A stretch of DNA of 63,861 nt, counting the filler, from Octopus bimaculoides (lineage: Eukaryota): assembly GCF_001194135.2 (NCBI RefSeq). It is 5 parts of 5 records of this genome, joined end to end, with 100 filler letters (N's around TTAATTAATTAA, not from the genome) between each part and the next. Parts side by side here need not be neighbours in the genome. Positions count along the whole stretch, not along the records: positions 7,817 to 35,788 come from NC_068992.1; 4 more parts are not named here. One strand, written 5' to 3'. The notes beneath the pieces were generated by a model. The model was given only the letters and a program-made list of their open reading frames with translations, was not told the DNA's origin and made no database searches. The position numbers were made by a program, and so were the translations under genes. Shown in pieces: positions 11,700-23,849 of the stretch (within the stretch, counting starts at the first letter, position 1; each line of letters starts with the position of its first letter).

Positions 11700-12610
11700 T
11701 CTTTTTTTCTTTTATTAGTCTCCGCTCGTGAGCTGCGTCCATACTGGAGCACCACCATTAGCTTTACTGCACTTCTTTTGCTACTTGAAACTCCCCTCTG
11801 GTATCTGGCGTTTGGTGAATTTGATGTTACTGCCGTCATCTGCTTTTATACGGAACTCTTGACAGGAAGAGATCCATTTTTTTTTAAAGACAGCTACATA
11901 TGCCCTATGTAGGTCTCTCAGGCATTTTGAAACGCTGTATACCTTCAAAGCTCAAACCGTTGCAATATCTGTTCATAAATTTTGATGGCGATATTGAGAT
12001 CTTTAGCACTATGCAGCGACCCCTATTCTGCTGCTTATGTAACTTTCAATGCCAACGTTTGGTACAAGTCCTTCCACGATTTTTCAGATGTATATCACTG
12101 CATATCTATTCCGCCTAAGTTCTAGAAAGTAGATTCTTAACTTTTACAGCCTTTCCCGGTAGCTGACATGTCGCATTGAGACGACCCTCTTTGTGTAGCC
12201 TCGCGAGATCGCTTCGAGTTCCGCCGTTAATTTTACACCGGATGGTGACGAAAGATGGGAGCAGTTCTCCAAGTGGTTGAGAACATATAACCTCCAGAGG
12301 ATCTTCATGGTTTCCTGTTCACTCGTTCGGAAAATTTTAATGATCCATCCGGTCAGGCATCTGTATTTTATATTGTCAGCTTAGTAATATGTACGTGGCA
12401 CGATACTTCATTACTTATATCAATGCCCAGGTCGAACAGTGATTGTGACTCAGGAGTTGTAGTCCCTCCCTGGCAAGGGTATCCTGTCTGCATTTCTTCA
12501 GTTTTGTGAGCTTGGAATTTTCCAACATCAAACTGTATGTTGTTACCCTCAGCCCATACACACTTCTATATACTCGACAATCTTCTTCATAGTTTCCGAC
12601 CATCAAATTC
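11700..12610 (-). mobile_element. CR1-like LINE, 3' part of ORF2 plus 3' end (degenerate)
   Basis: Minus frames give WAEGNNIQFDVGKFQA...SQSLFDLGIDISN...RCLTGWIIKIFRTSEQETMKILW...ELEAISRGYTKR...YRERL*KLRIYFLELRRNRYAVIYI*KIVEGLVPNVGIE, the CR1 RT C-terminal pattern (W-A-x-x-N-x-M-x-F-N, D-L-G, L-E-x-R-R). Confidence 0.85.
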
Positions 12611-12627
12611 CCTCGCAAAGTACTGCT

Positions 12628-12730
12628 CGACACGGGGCTATAATAGAAGGCACTTACCCAAGGTTCTGCACAGTGGGACTGAACTCGAGACCAACATAGA
12701 TGCGAAGCGATCTTCTTGACCACACAACCG
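12628..12730 (-). mobile_element. SINE type A head fragment (degenerate)
   Basis: CTATAATAGAAGGCACTTACCCAAGG..CAGTGGGACTGAAC..CCACACAACC. Confidence 0.7.
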
Positions 12731-13339
12731 TTCCTTTATATAATATATACTTATTTCCCGATGTCAACGTGTCATAGTTTTCTAAGAAACTGACTATATA
12801 CTGAGCAGAAAACTAGAAAATCTAGACATATTATAAGCATGTAACACGACACCGGTATTGGCTGGTGTTATATAATGTAATCGATAGTACGGTCACCTGG
12901 CATGTTATAGACAGTGATAGATATATATACTCCATTTCTGTTATTTTATTGTCTATCCGATTTCTCTCATTGATTGGTGTTTAAGATATGTAAACTCATT
13001 TTATGTTTAATATATGGAAGTTTGACTACTATGAGATTAAATTAACATAGCTGCCTGTAAAAAAATATTATATGGATATGGTTATTTTCCCATAAAATAG
13101 CATTTCTGGTATGCAGTTTACATTTCTACCCGACGGTCGTGACGTTTATTTACCAGAAACACTGGGTATAAAATGGCATTAGCCATTATAAAAAAGTGGA
13201 TATATAATATATAACAAAGTTGACTGTGCGAAGTAGTGGACTCGAAATAAGGTTCTGCAGCCAATAGAAAAGTTAGACTTAAAACTGTTTATTAACATAT
13301 ACACCTTTAGCTTCTGTATATTCCTACAAGTATATATAG

Positions 13340-13363
13340 AGATAGATAGATAGATAGATAGAC

Positions 13364-13403
<40 letters not shown>
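13340..13403. repeat. (GATA)n microsatellite
   Basis: Direct reading. Confidence 0.95.
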
Positions 13404-13423
<20 letters not shown>

Positions 13424-13439
13424 GTTCTTCTAATCATGA

Positions 13440-13602
13440 AATTGTCTCGGTCATTTTACTGTGGCCATGCTGGGGCACCACTTTTGGTCGAACAAATCGA
13501 CATTAGGACTTATTCATTGTAAGCCGAGTACTTATTCAATCAGTATCAGGTGACTAACCGCTAGGTTACGGGGACGTATTCACACCAACAGCGGTTTCAA
13601 GC
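13440..13602 (-). mobile_element. SINE type A tail
   Basis: GTGGCCATGCTGGGGCACC..AAATCGAC..GGACTTATTC..GTTACGGGGACGT. Confidence 0.8.
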
Positions 13603-13895
13603 GATATATATATAAATAAATAAATATATATATATATATAAATAAATAAATATATATANNNNNNNNNNNNNNNNNNNNNNNNNNNNNNNNNNNNNNNNNN
13701 NNNNNNNNNNNNNNNNNNNNNNNNNNNNNNNNNNNNNNNNNNNNNNNNNNNNNNNNNNNNNNNNNNNNNNNNNNNNNNNNNNNNNNNNNNNNNNNNNNNN
13801 NNNNNNNNNNNNNNNNNNNNNNNNNNNNNNNNNNNNNNNNNNNNNNNNNNNNNNNNNNNNNNNNNNNNNNNNNNNNNNNNNNNNNNNNNNNNNNN

Positions 13896-13932
<37 letters not shown>

Positions 13933-14031
13933 GTTTTCATGCGTAAAAATGTTACGAATTATTGCGTTTCTATATTGCATTACACACACGAACTCATATA
14001 CAGATATTTGCATATCCATATACATACATAT

Positions 14032-14065
<34 letters not shown>

Positions 14066-14095
14066 TTATCACTGGTGAAAACATGTTTGTAGGTC

Positions 14096-14135
<40 letters not shown>

Positions 14136-14664
14136 TGTGTGAACGTGTGTATACACATTTATGTGTGTGATTCCTCGGAGGGCTGTATATTTCATTTTAT
14201 TATGATTGTTGTCACTTCTATATTATATTATTATATTATATTATTGTAAACAATTGCATCTGGACACTGGGCTACAAATGAAATCAATAAAATTAAAATT
14301 TATCGATACACAATGACTGTTTGTGAATAATTTCTATGTTGGAATTTATTAAAAAATAGAATTTCATTTACACCTGTTGTGTCTTTTTTCTCTCTTCTAT
14401 TCTCCGGTGTATATTAAAATTTTCTACATATATATGTGTATGTGTGTGTTTGCGCGCGTGTGTTTATGTGTGTGTGCGAAAGTATGCATGTGTTTGTATG
14501 TCAGGAATTTACAGACTCGAAATACATTAACATGTCCCTGTTTCTCTTCCTTTTCTTCCTTTTACAATTTATTTGCAAATATCCGGTCAGCGTCTCCGAC
14601 ATAGCCTCTTTATTTTTCCTTCTAAATTTTTATTGGTAATACTTTTTTGCTGTTTTCCTTTATT

Positions 14665-14774
14665 TTTTTACACTGACGAGAATGGTAATACATAACTATT
14701 TTAATTATTATTATTATAAGTAATTTTTTTTCCAACATGTTTGTATTGGCATTTGAAACGGTCGTATGTGGAAA
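14665..14774 (+). ncRNA. Type I hammerhead ribozyme with intact core (Penelope-associated type)
   Basis: CTGACGA at 14673-14679. Stem II 14680-14692/14742-14754 (13 positions, 1 mismatch, ~49 nt AT-rich loop). GAAA at 14755-14758. Stem III ACG-GT-CGT. GUA cleavage triplet at 14764-14766. Stem I TTTTTACA/TGTGGAAA (8 bp, 2 GU). Confidence 0.75.
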
Positions 14775-16548
14775 TTAAATACTAATTTGAACTTTTAACA
14801 TCTCTTCGCAATCTTTATAATTGTCAGTAGTTGAAATATATATACATACACTTCCATGCATGTGTGTGTATTTGAGCATGTATATTATTATTATTATTNN
14901 NNNNNNNNNNNNNNNNNNNNNNNNNNNNNNNNNNNNNNNNNNNNNNNNNNNNNNNNNNNNNNNNNNNNNNNNNNNNNNNNNNNNNNNNNNNNNNNNNNNN
15001 NNNNNNNNNNNNNNNNNNNNNNNNNNNNNNNNNNNNNNNNNNNNNNNNNNNNNNNNNNNNNNNNNNNNNNNNNNNNNNNNNNNNNNNNNNNNNNNNNNNN
15101 NNNNNNNNNNNNNNNNNNNNNNNNNTATATATATATGTTTATATATATACATACACTTCCATGCATGTGTGTGTATTTGAGCATGTATATTATTATTATT
15201 ATTATTTTTGAATTGCAGAGAAATGCGGAACCGAGCTGACTCAGTCACTTAACACAGGGCTCGTTGTACCACTATATTTGCAGTGAAATACAAATGATAA
15301 CATCCGGTAAATGTGTTGTGGCAAGACCGCGGTGATATAGTTGAACAACAACCGAAAGAATAAAATGAGAGGAAGACTGTACAAAACATGAAACTCCTTG
15401 CTAAATGGATCGACTGCATTTCATATGCAGTGCACCTCCGGCTTCACTTGATATTGATTAAATTTTTATTAAATAGTTTACACGTACACATTCATCTAAA
15501 CAAACTCACGCAAATACAAAAACATTCAAACATACACGTATTCACACACACACACACACATACACACATGTGCAAACGTAGTGTTCCGCAATTTAATAAA
15601 ATATTTTGAACTCAAGTCGAATATTTTTAAGATTTAAGGTTTCTTTCAAAGGAACCTTGAAAAATTAATTTTCCTCTCTTTTCATTGAATTGCTTCTAGG
15701 GTCTAAATTCTCTAAAGGATTCCCTTAAAATTCTCAGCTGGATATGGATGTTTATGATTCACTTGACTTCCGTCGTTTCTTCCATTTCTTTATCGTTGAA
15801 ACAGAATAAAATTAGATTTCAAGAAGCAATTTTTTTTTTCGTATAAAACCATTTTGAAATTCTTAACTCCATTCTTTATTCAGTGGAAAGTTTTCTTTCA
15901 TTTTCAAGTCGTATGCGACAGCTTTAACTTAATAAATTATTGCAATTAATTTAATTTCCTGAAAGCAGGATTTCGTAAAAGTATAAGGCAATGTCAAACG
16001 AGATATTTTAGTTTGCAGCACATATCATAAAGTCATTAAACCTTCAGAAGTTAATACAGCTTAATTTGTTGTACACTCTGGTGAAGATATCACTTTCTTC
16101 TTGTATTTTGAAAAACCAAAAAAAAATAGAATTTACTAGAATTATGGTACATATAATGAACCATTCAAACTTCTCTACAAAACCTCGCAGACTATTACTT
16201 GTTCAGAGTGAAATGGTGCATTTGTCACATTTTCGTTTCTTTCAACGAACTTATCCATTTTACATGAGGATCAATTTCTCTGCAGTTTCTCTCAGATTTG
16301 AAGAAATAAATAACTATGGAGCGTGGATTCTAGGATTTAATATGAATGGAATAAATTTCACAAACACTTCATTCTTTTTAGGGGAAATAATCAGTCAGCA
16401 TTTTTTTAAATTTTGTACTCAGCCAGAATTGATCTACTGCTCAGATGTTCTGCGTTGCATTAATTATTGACCGCGTGAGCAAGTTTGCATACATCATTCA
16501 TATGTGTATGCGGTGTGTGTGTGCTTCTAAACATACATATATACATAT

Positions 16549-16579
<31 letters not shown>

Positions 16580-17469
16580 TAACGCGACTAAGGATGTCAA
16601 GACGCCTACATTGCTAGAAATAAGAGCTACAATGTTCTAATGCTGTGGGGAAAGCACATAAATGTATACATATACGCTTACAGGAGCTGCAATTGCCCAA
16701 AACACCGACTCCTTAGACTGAACATTCATTTCAGCTATTTCCGTAGCCTCTCCATTTTGGCAGATTCTGGGGTCATCCCGACAGCATATATCTACAGCTG
16801 TTTCGGAGGGTTCGGCATTATGTAATAATTGTAATTTTGACAACTGAACTGTGCAAAATGTCAACCGTATTCAACCAGTAGTACATACGTATAAACATAA
16901 CCTTAAAGCCGGCCTACTTCTATAGTGGAGAGACTGGCATCAAGCATATGTATTGGAGGGCTCGAAATTTTATATTCTGATTCCACATATTGCTTGGCGT
17001 TCATTTTGGAGTGAGAACTAAATTAACAATTTTTTAAAAGTATAGGACCACCACTACCCCTCGCATAGCCACGCCTCTAATTCTGCGCTTTGAATACTGA
17101 AAATTTAAGGATCAGTAAACTTGTTTTAATACAATTAACGTTGTATTCGTTAAATATTAGCTATAAAATATGTTATAAAATATATGCAACCTACTTGCCT
17201 GAAAAAAAAACAGTTATTGAAATTTTTATTTATTCAAACAGATTGTATTTTTTTATATATATATAAATAAAGCCTATATTCAGAAAAGCGCTTTCAACGT
17301 AAATATATATAAATTCTTAATGACTATTATGATATGCAATAAAATAAAATATTCACGAACCTCAAACGAAATACATGAACAGTGAACACCATAAAATAAG
17401 CATTATTAGTATTTACTACTTAATTAAATTACCATTGTCTTTTCCGATCAAAATTAGGGAAGCTTTGTT

Positions 17470-17930
17470 TTGATTTCTGTACTTTTAATATGACTCCTTG
17501 GCAATGACAAGAAGGAGATATCGGCTATGACATGCAGATCTTTTTATTTGTTTGCCATAACACTTGCAGGTGCATATGTCAAACATTTCATTGAACTCAT
17601 CTAATTCCTTATCAAAACCATCTCCTAATTGCTTGATAGGTATTTCGTTTAATTTATAAGCAGATTCAATCAATCTCTCAAGTTCTAGAGCTATTACCTC
17701 AAACCCAATATAAGGAAAAGAAAATTTGTCCTATATTGTTTGCACATCTGCAGCAACAATCCGTTAGGATTCTTTCGCTGTGGGTGAAGTTTTTGGCATC
17801 TCTTCTTCACGGCTTCTTTTGTATAAATAATGTCCGAATACATCAGATTTTGATGGTGTCATTGCTGTAGGAAATCCTGCAGGAAATCCAAATGCTGAAC
17901 TGAATTACGGCTTTTACTTCTAGCTGGCAT
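17470..17930 (-). pseudogene. Degenerate DNA-transposase N-terminus (cc8K15.2-like, Spy/IS4EU-type)
   Basis: Minus frame: FGFPAGFPTAMTPSKSDVFGHYLYKR...IVAADVQTI*DKFSFPYI...LERLIESAYKL...EMFDICTCKC. The TI*DKFSFP stretch (W-x-K-x-S-x-P if the stop replaced a Trp) and the F-D-I-x-x-C-K-C motif are characteristic. There are two stops, and a frameshift after the ATG at 17930. Confidence 0.55.
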
Positions 17931-18615
17931 TATATAATTTTAGACATTTAAATTATTACAGTTTAAATTTATGTAGGTATTTTTGTAAAATTATAATACT
18001 ATTGAGTTCTGAAATAACTTGAAAATTAAAAGAAAATGTACACATTTTTTGAAAAGCATTTATTTAACACATATTGAACAGTTGTAATTTTACCATGTTG
18101 GAGGGGTACCTACCTGCCAACTGTCTTATATCTCAATGTTTTTGCTATTTTTCCTCATCAGATGTTTTAATCAAGGTTTCTCCAGTGAAATATGATCAAA
18201 TGTTTCATAGCCATAAACAATTTAGTATTTATGTGTTAGAGACTATATGATTAATATAGAAAATTAAGGTATTTTATTGTGGGGGTGTATGCGGGGGATA
18301 CAGGGGGGTCACATAACCCAAATTTTCATATATCTTGTTCAAAACACTATTTGAAATACTGTGCATACCGTCGAATTAAGGTTCCTTAAAAATGGCTGTG
18401 CTTCGACACCCACTAATATGTATATATATATATATTTTAGCATGTTTGTATATTTTATTTCTCAAGCCCAATCGTGTTTTTTCTATCATTAACTCTACAT
18501 CAGCTCACCTGGATTCCTCTTATAGCCACTCGTTACCTCACGAACTTAGTCTTCGATAAAAATTTCGGAATAAGTTCAAATAATTTAAGCACAGCTACAT
18601 GTTGCATCTTTTCTA

Positions 18616-18742
18616 CAGGGTGTCCACAAAGTCTGGCGACATAGGGATTAATATATACTTTAAGAAATTATTATTTCTTATATTTAATTGTTTATGTTAT
18701 GATTTTATTTACTCCATGTACCCACACTTTGTGGACACCGTG
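18616..18742. mobile_element. Tc1/mariner-type MITE (127 bp)
   Basis: TIR CAGGGTGTCCACAAAGT vs reverse complement CACGGTGTCCACAAAGT; TA on both sides (18614-15, 18743-44). Confidence 0.85.
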
Positions 18743-19439
18743 TACATTGAGAATCGATGGATCCCACCTCTTGACTCATAGACATATGTGTGCATGTATG
18801 TAAATAGATTTTTTTACTAGTTAGTTGAACAAGTATCAAATGCTGCTAATTTATTTTTAAAACATATAAATACATTTGGCCACAAATTTTAGTTTTCAAT
18901 AACCCTACCTATTCGGTGGCAGCCCATATTATGAGAAAAAATGCAACACCACTTTTTAAATTGCCCCTACCGTTCCGACAGTCAATGTCCCTTTTCTCCC
19001 AATATGACAACATTCAACATGCTGCTATGCAATTTAAATTTCGTGCAGAGATTCACAGCTCTTGATATATGTGCGTGTGTATTTATGATATATATATATA
19101 TATATATANNNNNNNNNNTTATTGTTTTTTAGCACCGGCGGTGTTAGTAGAGGGGAGTAACTCTAAGTTTTGGTGAAGAGGGAGCTGACTCTGTCCTAGT
19201 GCATATTTAATTATACTTAGAAAATGAAAATTTTGTTGTGTGTAGATGAATTTGATTATTTTCGTTTTTTTGTTGTTTTTTTTGTTTAAAAGATGTGTTG
19301 TAGCCGTTAGGATTTCGAGGCGTTCAGTTAGGCAGAGATCACAACGTCTGTTAATTGAGTTATAAGAATGTTCTGAGTATATGCCATATTAGATTGTATG
19401 CTACATTATTGTCCTTTAATTCCCAGATATAGCTACCAA

Positions 19440-19930
19440 GTTCTCTTTAACTTGCCTTCTTTCTATTTCTAAAGCTAGATCGGTATTCATTGCATCTGAG
19501 GCGTATTTGGTTTTTCTGTGGTAAAAAACAATAACATTCGCTCGAAATTTAAAAACATCCACGTGCGTAATGCGCTTGACTAAAATTGGAACTACGGACT
19601 TAAACAGCACCCACCCTACCTCTCCTTCGCAGAAATATTATTAACCCTGATTTCGACTAAAATGTAAGACTCATTATACCTTACCTCTATGCTCATACCA
19701 CTATATGCATCCTTTTACATTAGTATATCCCCTATCTTCTATTCCTGCATCTCTCACACAATGCACTTAAACACACTTCTCAACATGCTGAAGAGATCTG
19801 CCAATCAAATTGGCAAATCGAAACGATCGTAAATGTAACATTACATAATCTCCACATAATTGATTAAATTAATGGCTAACTAGCGCAATTGACCTGCTTC
19901 TTCCTGTGTTTGTTTCTCCATTCTCTACAT
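19440..19930 (+). mobile_element. Penelope-like element: degenerate GIY-YIG C-terminus plus terminal repeat
   Basis: Residual FNLPS...IGIHC...IGT..LN peptide pieces, followed by a CT-rich tract and a hammerhead motif. Confidence 0.5.
19781..19836 (+). ncRNA. Minimal type I hammerhead ribozyme
   Basis: CTGAAGA at 19788-19794. Stem II GATCTGCCAAT-caa-ATTGGCAAATC (11 positions, 1 mismatch). GAAA at 19820-23. Palindromic stem III ACGATCGT; GUA triplet at 19829-31. Stem I is only 4 bp (ACAT/ATGT) with the first pair mismatched. Confidence 0.65.
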
Positions 19931-19931
19931 G

Positions 19932-19969
<38 letters not shown>

Positions 19970-20019
19970 TACACAGTGGTCGTCAACTGAAAAGTACAGC
20001 AACACATATTGTGTTCCAA

Positions 20020-20240
20020 AATTGGGTTCAAATTTTGGCAAAAGGCCAGAATTTTTTGCAGAGGGCTGGTTGTTTACATCGACCCCAGTGCTCTACTGGT
20101 ATTTATTTTATTGAGGTTTAAAAGATGAAAGGCAGGCAAAGTCGACCCCTGTCGGAAGATGAATCCAGAGCAGAAGACCGAATAAAATGCTAGTACGCAT
20201 TTTGTCCGAAGCGGTAGTGTTTCTGGCATTTCGCCACCTT
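20020..20240 (-). mobile_element. SINE type B (degenerate)
   Basis: ACATCGACCCCAGTG..CTGGTA..AAAGATGAAAGGCA..AAAGTCGAC..TTCGCCACCTT. Confidence 0.8.
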
Positions 20241-20583
20241 ACGACAGCAACACATATTAACAATGTATCAGGATGCCATGAACATTAACGTAATATATTA
20301 GTGGAAGAGACTGAAGAATGAGTAGTGGAATGGTTATGGCGCAGTACTGAGTTGATACCTTTCTTATTGGGGTTGGGCAGCTGCAGTTAGTCCGAATACC
20401 GGTGAATGTGTGTTATTTAAAAAAATTAGATATTTTAGAATTCGGTTATTTTTCATAGACATAATCTCCATTGCTAGAAGCATATTTATTTATTTATATT
20501 TGAGCGTTGTAGTTACGTATTCGGTGTGTGTATTTGTGTGTGTATTTGTGTTTGCCCGTATGTGCGTAAGTGTATCTATCTAC

Positions 20584-20635
<52 letters not shown>

Positions 20636-20931
20636 CATATATGTATATATATATACATACACACANNNNNNNNNNNNNNNNNNNNNNNNNNNNNNNNNNN
20701 NNNNNNNNNNNNNNNNNNNNNNNNNNNNNNNNNNNNNNNNNNNNNNNNNNNNNNNNNNNNNNNNNNNNNNNNNNNNNNNNNNNNNNNNNNNNNNNNNNNN
20801 NNNNNNNNNNNNNNNNNNNNNNNNNNNNNNNNNNNNNNNNNNNNNNNNNNNNNNNNNNNNNNNNNNNNNNNNNNNNNNNNNNNNNNNNNNNNNNNNNNNN
20901 NNNNNNNNNNNNNNNNNNNNNNNNNNNNNNN

Positions 20932-20963
<32 letters not shown>

Positions 20964-21949
20964 ATGAATATAAAAATGGATGCGTTTAATTCAATTTATT
21001 TGTGTGTATGCGTATATGTGTATGTGTTTGTCTTTGTGTTTGTGCGAGTGTGTATGTACAGACACAAACAAACACACACTTTTATATATCCACACATACA
21101 CCCACACACACCCATATGCGTTATAAGTGTCTAGGTATGCGTGAGTAAAAGCAGGAATGCATGATTAAAAGCAGACACATATCTATAAACGTTTGATAAT
21201 TTTTTTTCTCATTCTCACACAATATCTCTATACATATTGCTTGCAATGCAATATCTTATTAAGGTTTTAATACTTTACTTATATTAATAAATTTAACTCA
21301 GTGGGAAAACGAAAAGTGTGTCCTGGAGCGATCTGTTTTTGGAAGATTCTCGCTTCCATCCGACATATATTTGCAGATAAAAATAGTAACTGAATCAATT
21401 TAATAAACGGTCGCTCGTGGCATCATTTAAAAGCGATTCGAGAATACACATTTGGCATCAGTTATCAAAGTCGTCAATAACTAAAATAAGCAAGAGACAT
21501 GTATAGCCGCAACGAAATTAAATAAGACGTAATTGATTCCCAAATATATCCCAGGTTCAATATGTATGAGATACAATTACGGAGACATTCTTGATCCATG
21601 GGTTGGCTATTATCTATAAACGAAAGGCAAACTGTTGCAGTTTAGGAATTATAAACACCCCATACATAAACTTTTGGTGTCAACAGAAACTAAAGCCAAT
21701 TATATTGTAGTATTCTGATAGCATAGATATCCGCTCTTAAATGTTGAGTTCTGGGAAGTAGTAAAAACTATCTGAAGCTACACTTTAATACGTTTTTATG
21801 TTTTGTTACATCTGAATAAATATCTATATTAAATTGACATACCGATCATAGACTATCGATGTGGCATTGAGTTCTTGTTCGTTTGTTCCTTTACCACACC
21901 TGTGTGTGCGTGTGTGTGTGCGTGTGTGTGTGTACACGATTCCATAAAC

Positions 21950-22012
<63 letters not shown>

Positions 22013-22503
22013 TATATATACATACATATATACAGACAGACACATGCATATGTGTGTGTTTGTGCCCATGTATATGAATGCGTGAATATATAGATGTTTA
22101 CATAGGTCTACTTGTGTACAGATGCACCTAAATAGAAAGACATATTCACATTTTTTTCGAAATAGCATAAATCTAATTTCTGTCATGAAATATTTCTGAA
22201 GACTTTCCAATATATTTGTGAAATATAGGCTCTTTCTTTTTATTTTGTTGTTTGTTACTTGGGGTGGGGAGGTTACGAGGGGGTTCGTTTTCTCTTTTTG
22301 CTCGAAGTCTGGAGATACGATAATACATTAAACTCAAATAAAGAAAAATCATTATATTGTCTCAAGTAATAAGGTGATATTTTTTTTATAAAAATAATAT
22401 ATAAAGTGTTTTATTCGTAATGTAAAACAATAACCCAGTGACTCATAAAATAATGGAGTCTAATCGCGAGATAAACTCAAAGGAGCAGTCAAATTCTTCT
22501 TAA

Positions 22504-22697
22504 CCCTTTAACATTCAGATTATTCATTGAAATGTAATGATGTTTTATTCACATTGTAGCTTTGAGATTTCAATGATGCAAATGTTCATTTTTGGAATGC
22601 CACTTTATGGTAGGTGTTACAAGCCTGATGGATGAGTTTCAACATAAAAGCAGTAGGGAATTTTTGGTTTGGTATATTCGGCTGGAATACTGAAAGG
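22504..22697. mobile_element. piggyBac-like non-autonomous element
   Basis: TTAA|CCCTTTAACATTC at 22500 and GAATACTGAAAGG|TTAA ending at 22701; imperfect TIR. Confidence 0.55.
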
Positions 22698-22859
22698 TTA
22701 AACCACAATATACAAATGTGGCATCAGATTAACAAATTTTTCTGGAATTCTTTTTGTTTCATAGTATATTCAAACAAAAGTACAAAGGCCACAGTTTTAC
22801 CGAGGCCTCCAAGTGAGTAGACAAACTGAAGTGAAATTATTCTTACTTAAGAACAGTCT

Positions 22860-23100
22860 GAAATATTTCCAGTGTAGAGCAAATGAGGTTTATTTTTCAA
22901 CATATTCTCCCTTGCTTTCCACACACTTCTTCCATCTGTGTTGCAGTGCTCAGATCCCACTGACGAAGCCATCAAAATCTCGTTGCGGTGCAAAACCAGA
23001 CAAAGTATTAAATCTGCAATGTCATAAAAGGCGCCCAAACATTGTTCTTTTGCCTAATTTCATGTGTGGTGAATTGAATAAGATTGGCAGAAGAGGCCTC
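22860..23100 (-). mobile_element. mariner transposase C-terminal relic
   Basis: Minus frame ...PHMKL...GI*ALQHRWKKCVESKGEYVEK*, the canonical mariner ending RWxKCVxxxGxYVE. Confidence 0.7.
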
Positions 23101-23604
23101 AGAATGAGGTTGAATTCGAAATTATGTAGTTCACTTATCTCTGAGGAGAAAACTGGATGGTAATCGCTGGAATGTTAATAGGTATGCGCCATCAGAGCCG
23201 ATCGAAGGCTAATAAACAATAATAATTGCCTGAATATTAAATATGGTTATTACTTGTAAATGCATGTTAAGATGGATGAGTTATTAAGACTACAGTAGGG
23301 ATATAATTCCATTTGGTTGCCTGAGTTTTCGCAATATATTAATTGCAGCGAGTTACATTAATTGACGCTATTATACTGAATCTCCTGAATTATGATTTGC
23401 CGAAGATTCTGGTAAACGGATTTCTTCTGGTAATTTTCTCGACCATATAATGATATATTCACCAGTAGTAAATTGAATTGGAAATGCGTAAATGAAACCA
23501 ACCCATCTAGACATAACAATTGGAACCATTCTATCAGAAATTGTTGGATGAGATTTTATAAGATTACATAAAATTCTTCTTAATGAAGTATGTGCTACCA
23601 TGTT

Positions 23605-23813
23605 CTTTTAGTTTTATCGTTTTTAATTTGTTTCAGTTATCAGGCTTCGCCATGTTGGGGCCGCGCCATGAAGATCTTTAGTCGAAAGAATCGACCTCAG
23701 TATATATATAGTTTTAAAAACATGGTACTTATTCGGCCTGTCTCTGACGCCGTACCACTACATTACGTGGTTTTCAGCACCGGTTTCTAAACAGTGGAAG
23801 ATAAAGACAGACT

Positions 23814-23845
<32 letters not shown>
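23605..23845 (-). mobile_element. SINE type A tail with (CA)n
   Basis: TTTGTTTCAGTTATC..GCCATGTTGGGGCCGCGCC..AATCGACC..GTACTTATTC. Confidence 0.75.

Positions 23846-23849
<4 letters not shown>

Noticed and set aside
14836-15208. ~65-bp sequence repeated on both sides of the gap at 14899-15124
   Set aside because: Probably an unmerged contig overlap; it cannot be told from a true duplication without reads.
16066-16470. 134-aa plus-strand ORF
   Set aside because: No recognisable domain or splice signals; AT-rich with F/I/N-biased composition expected by chance.
16684-16850. Minus-strand segment ending in a GTAAGC donor
   Set aside because: The acceptor is weak and the peptide is unrecognisable; single donor-like hexamers are common.
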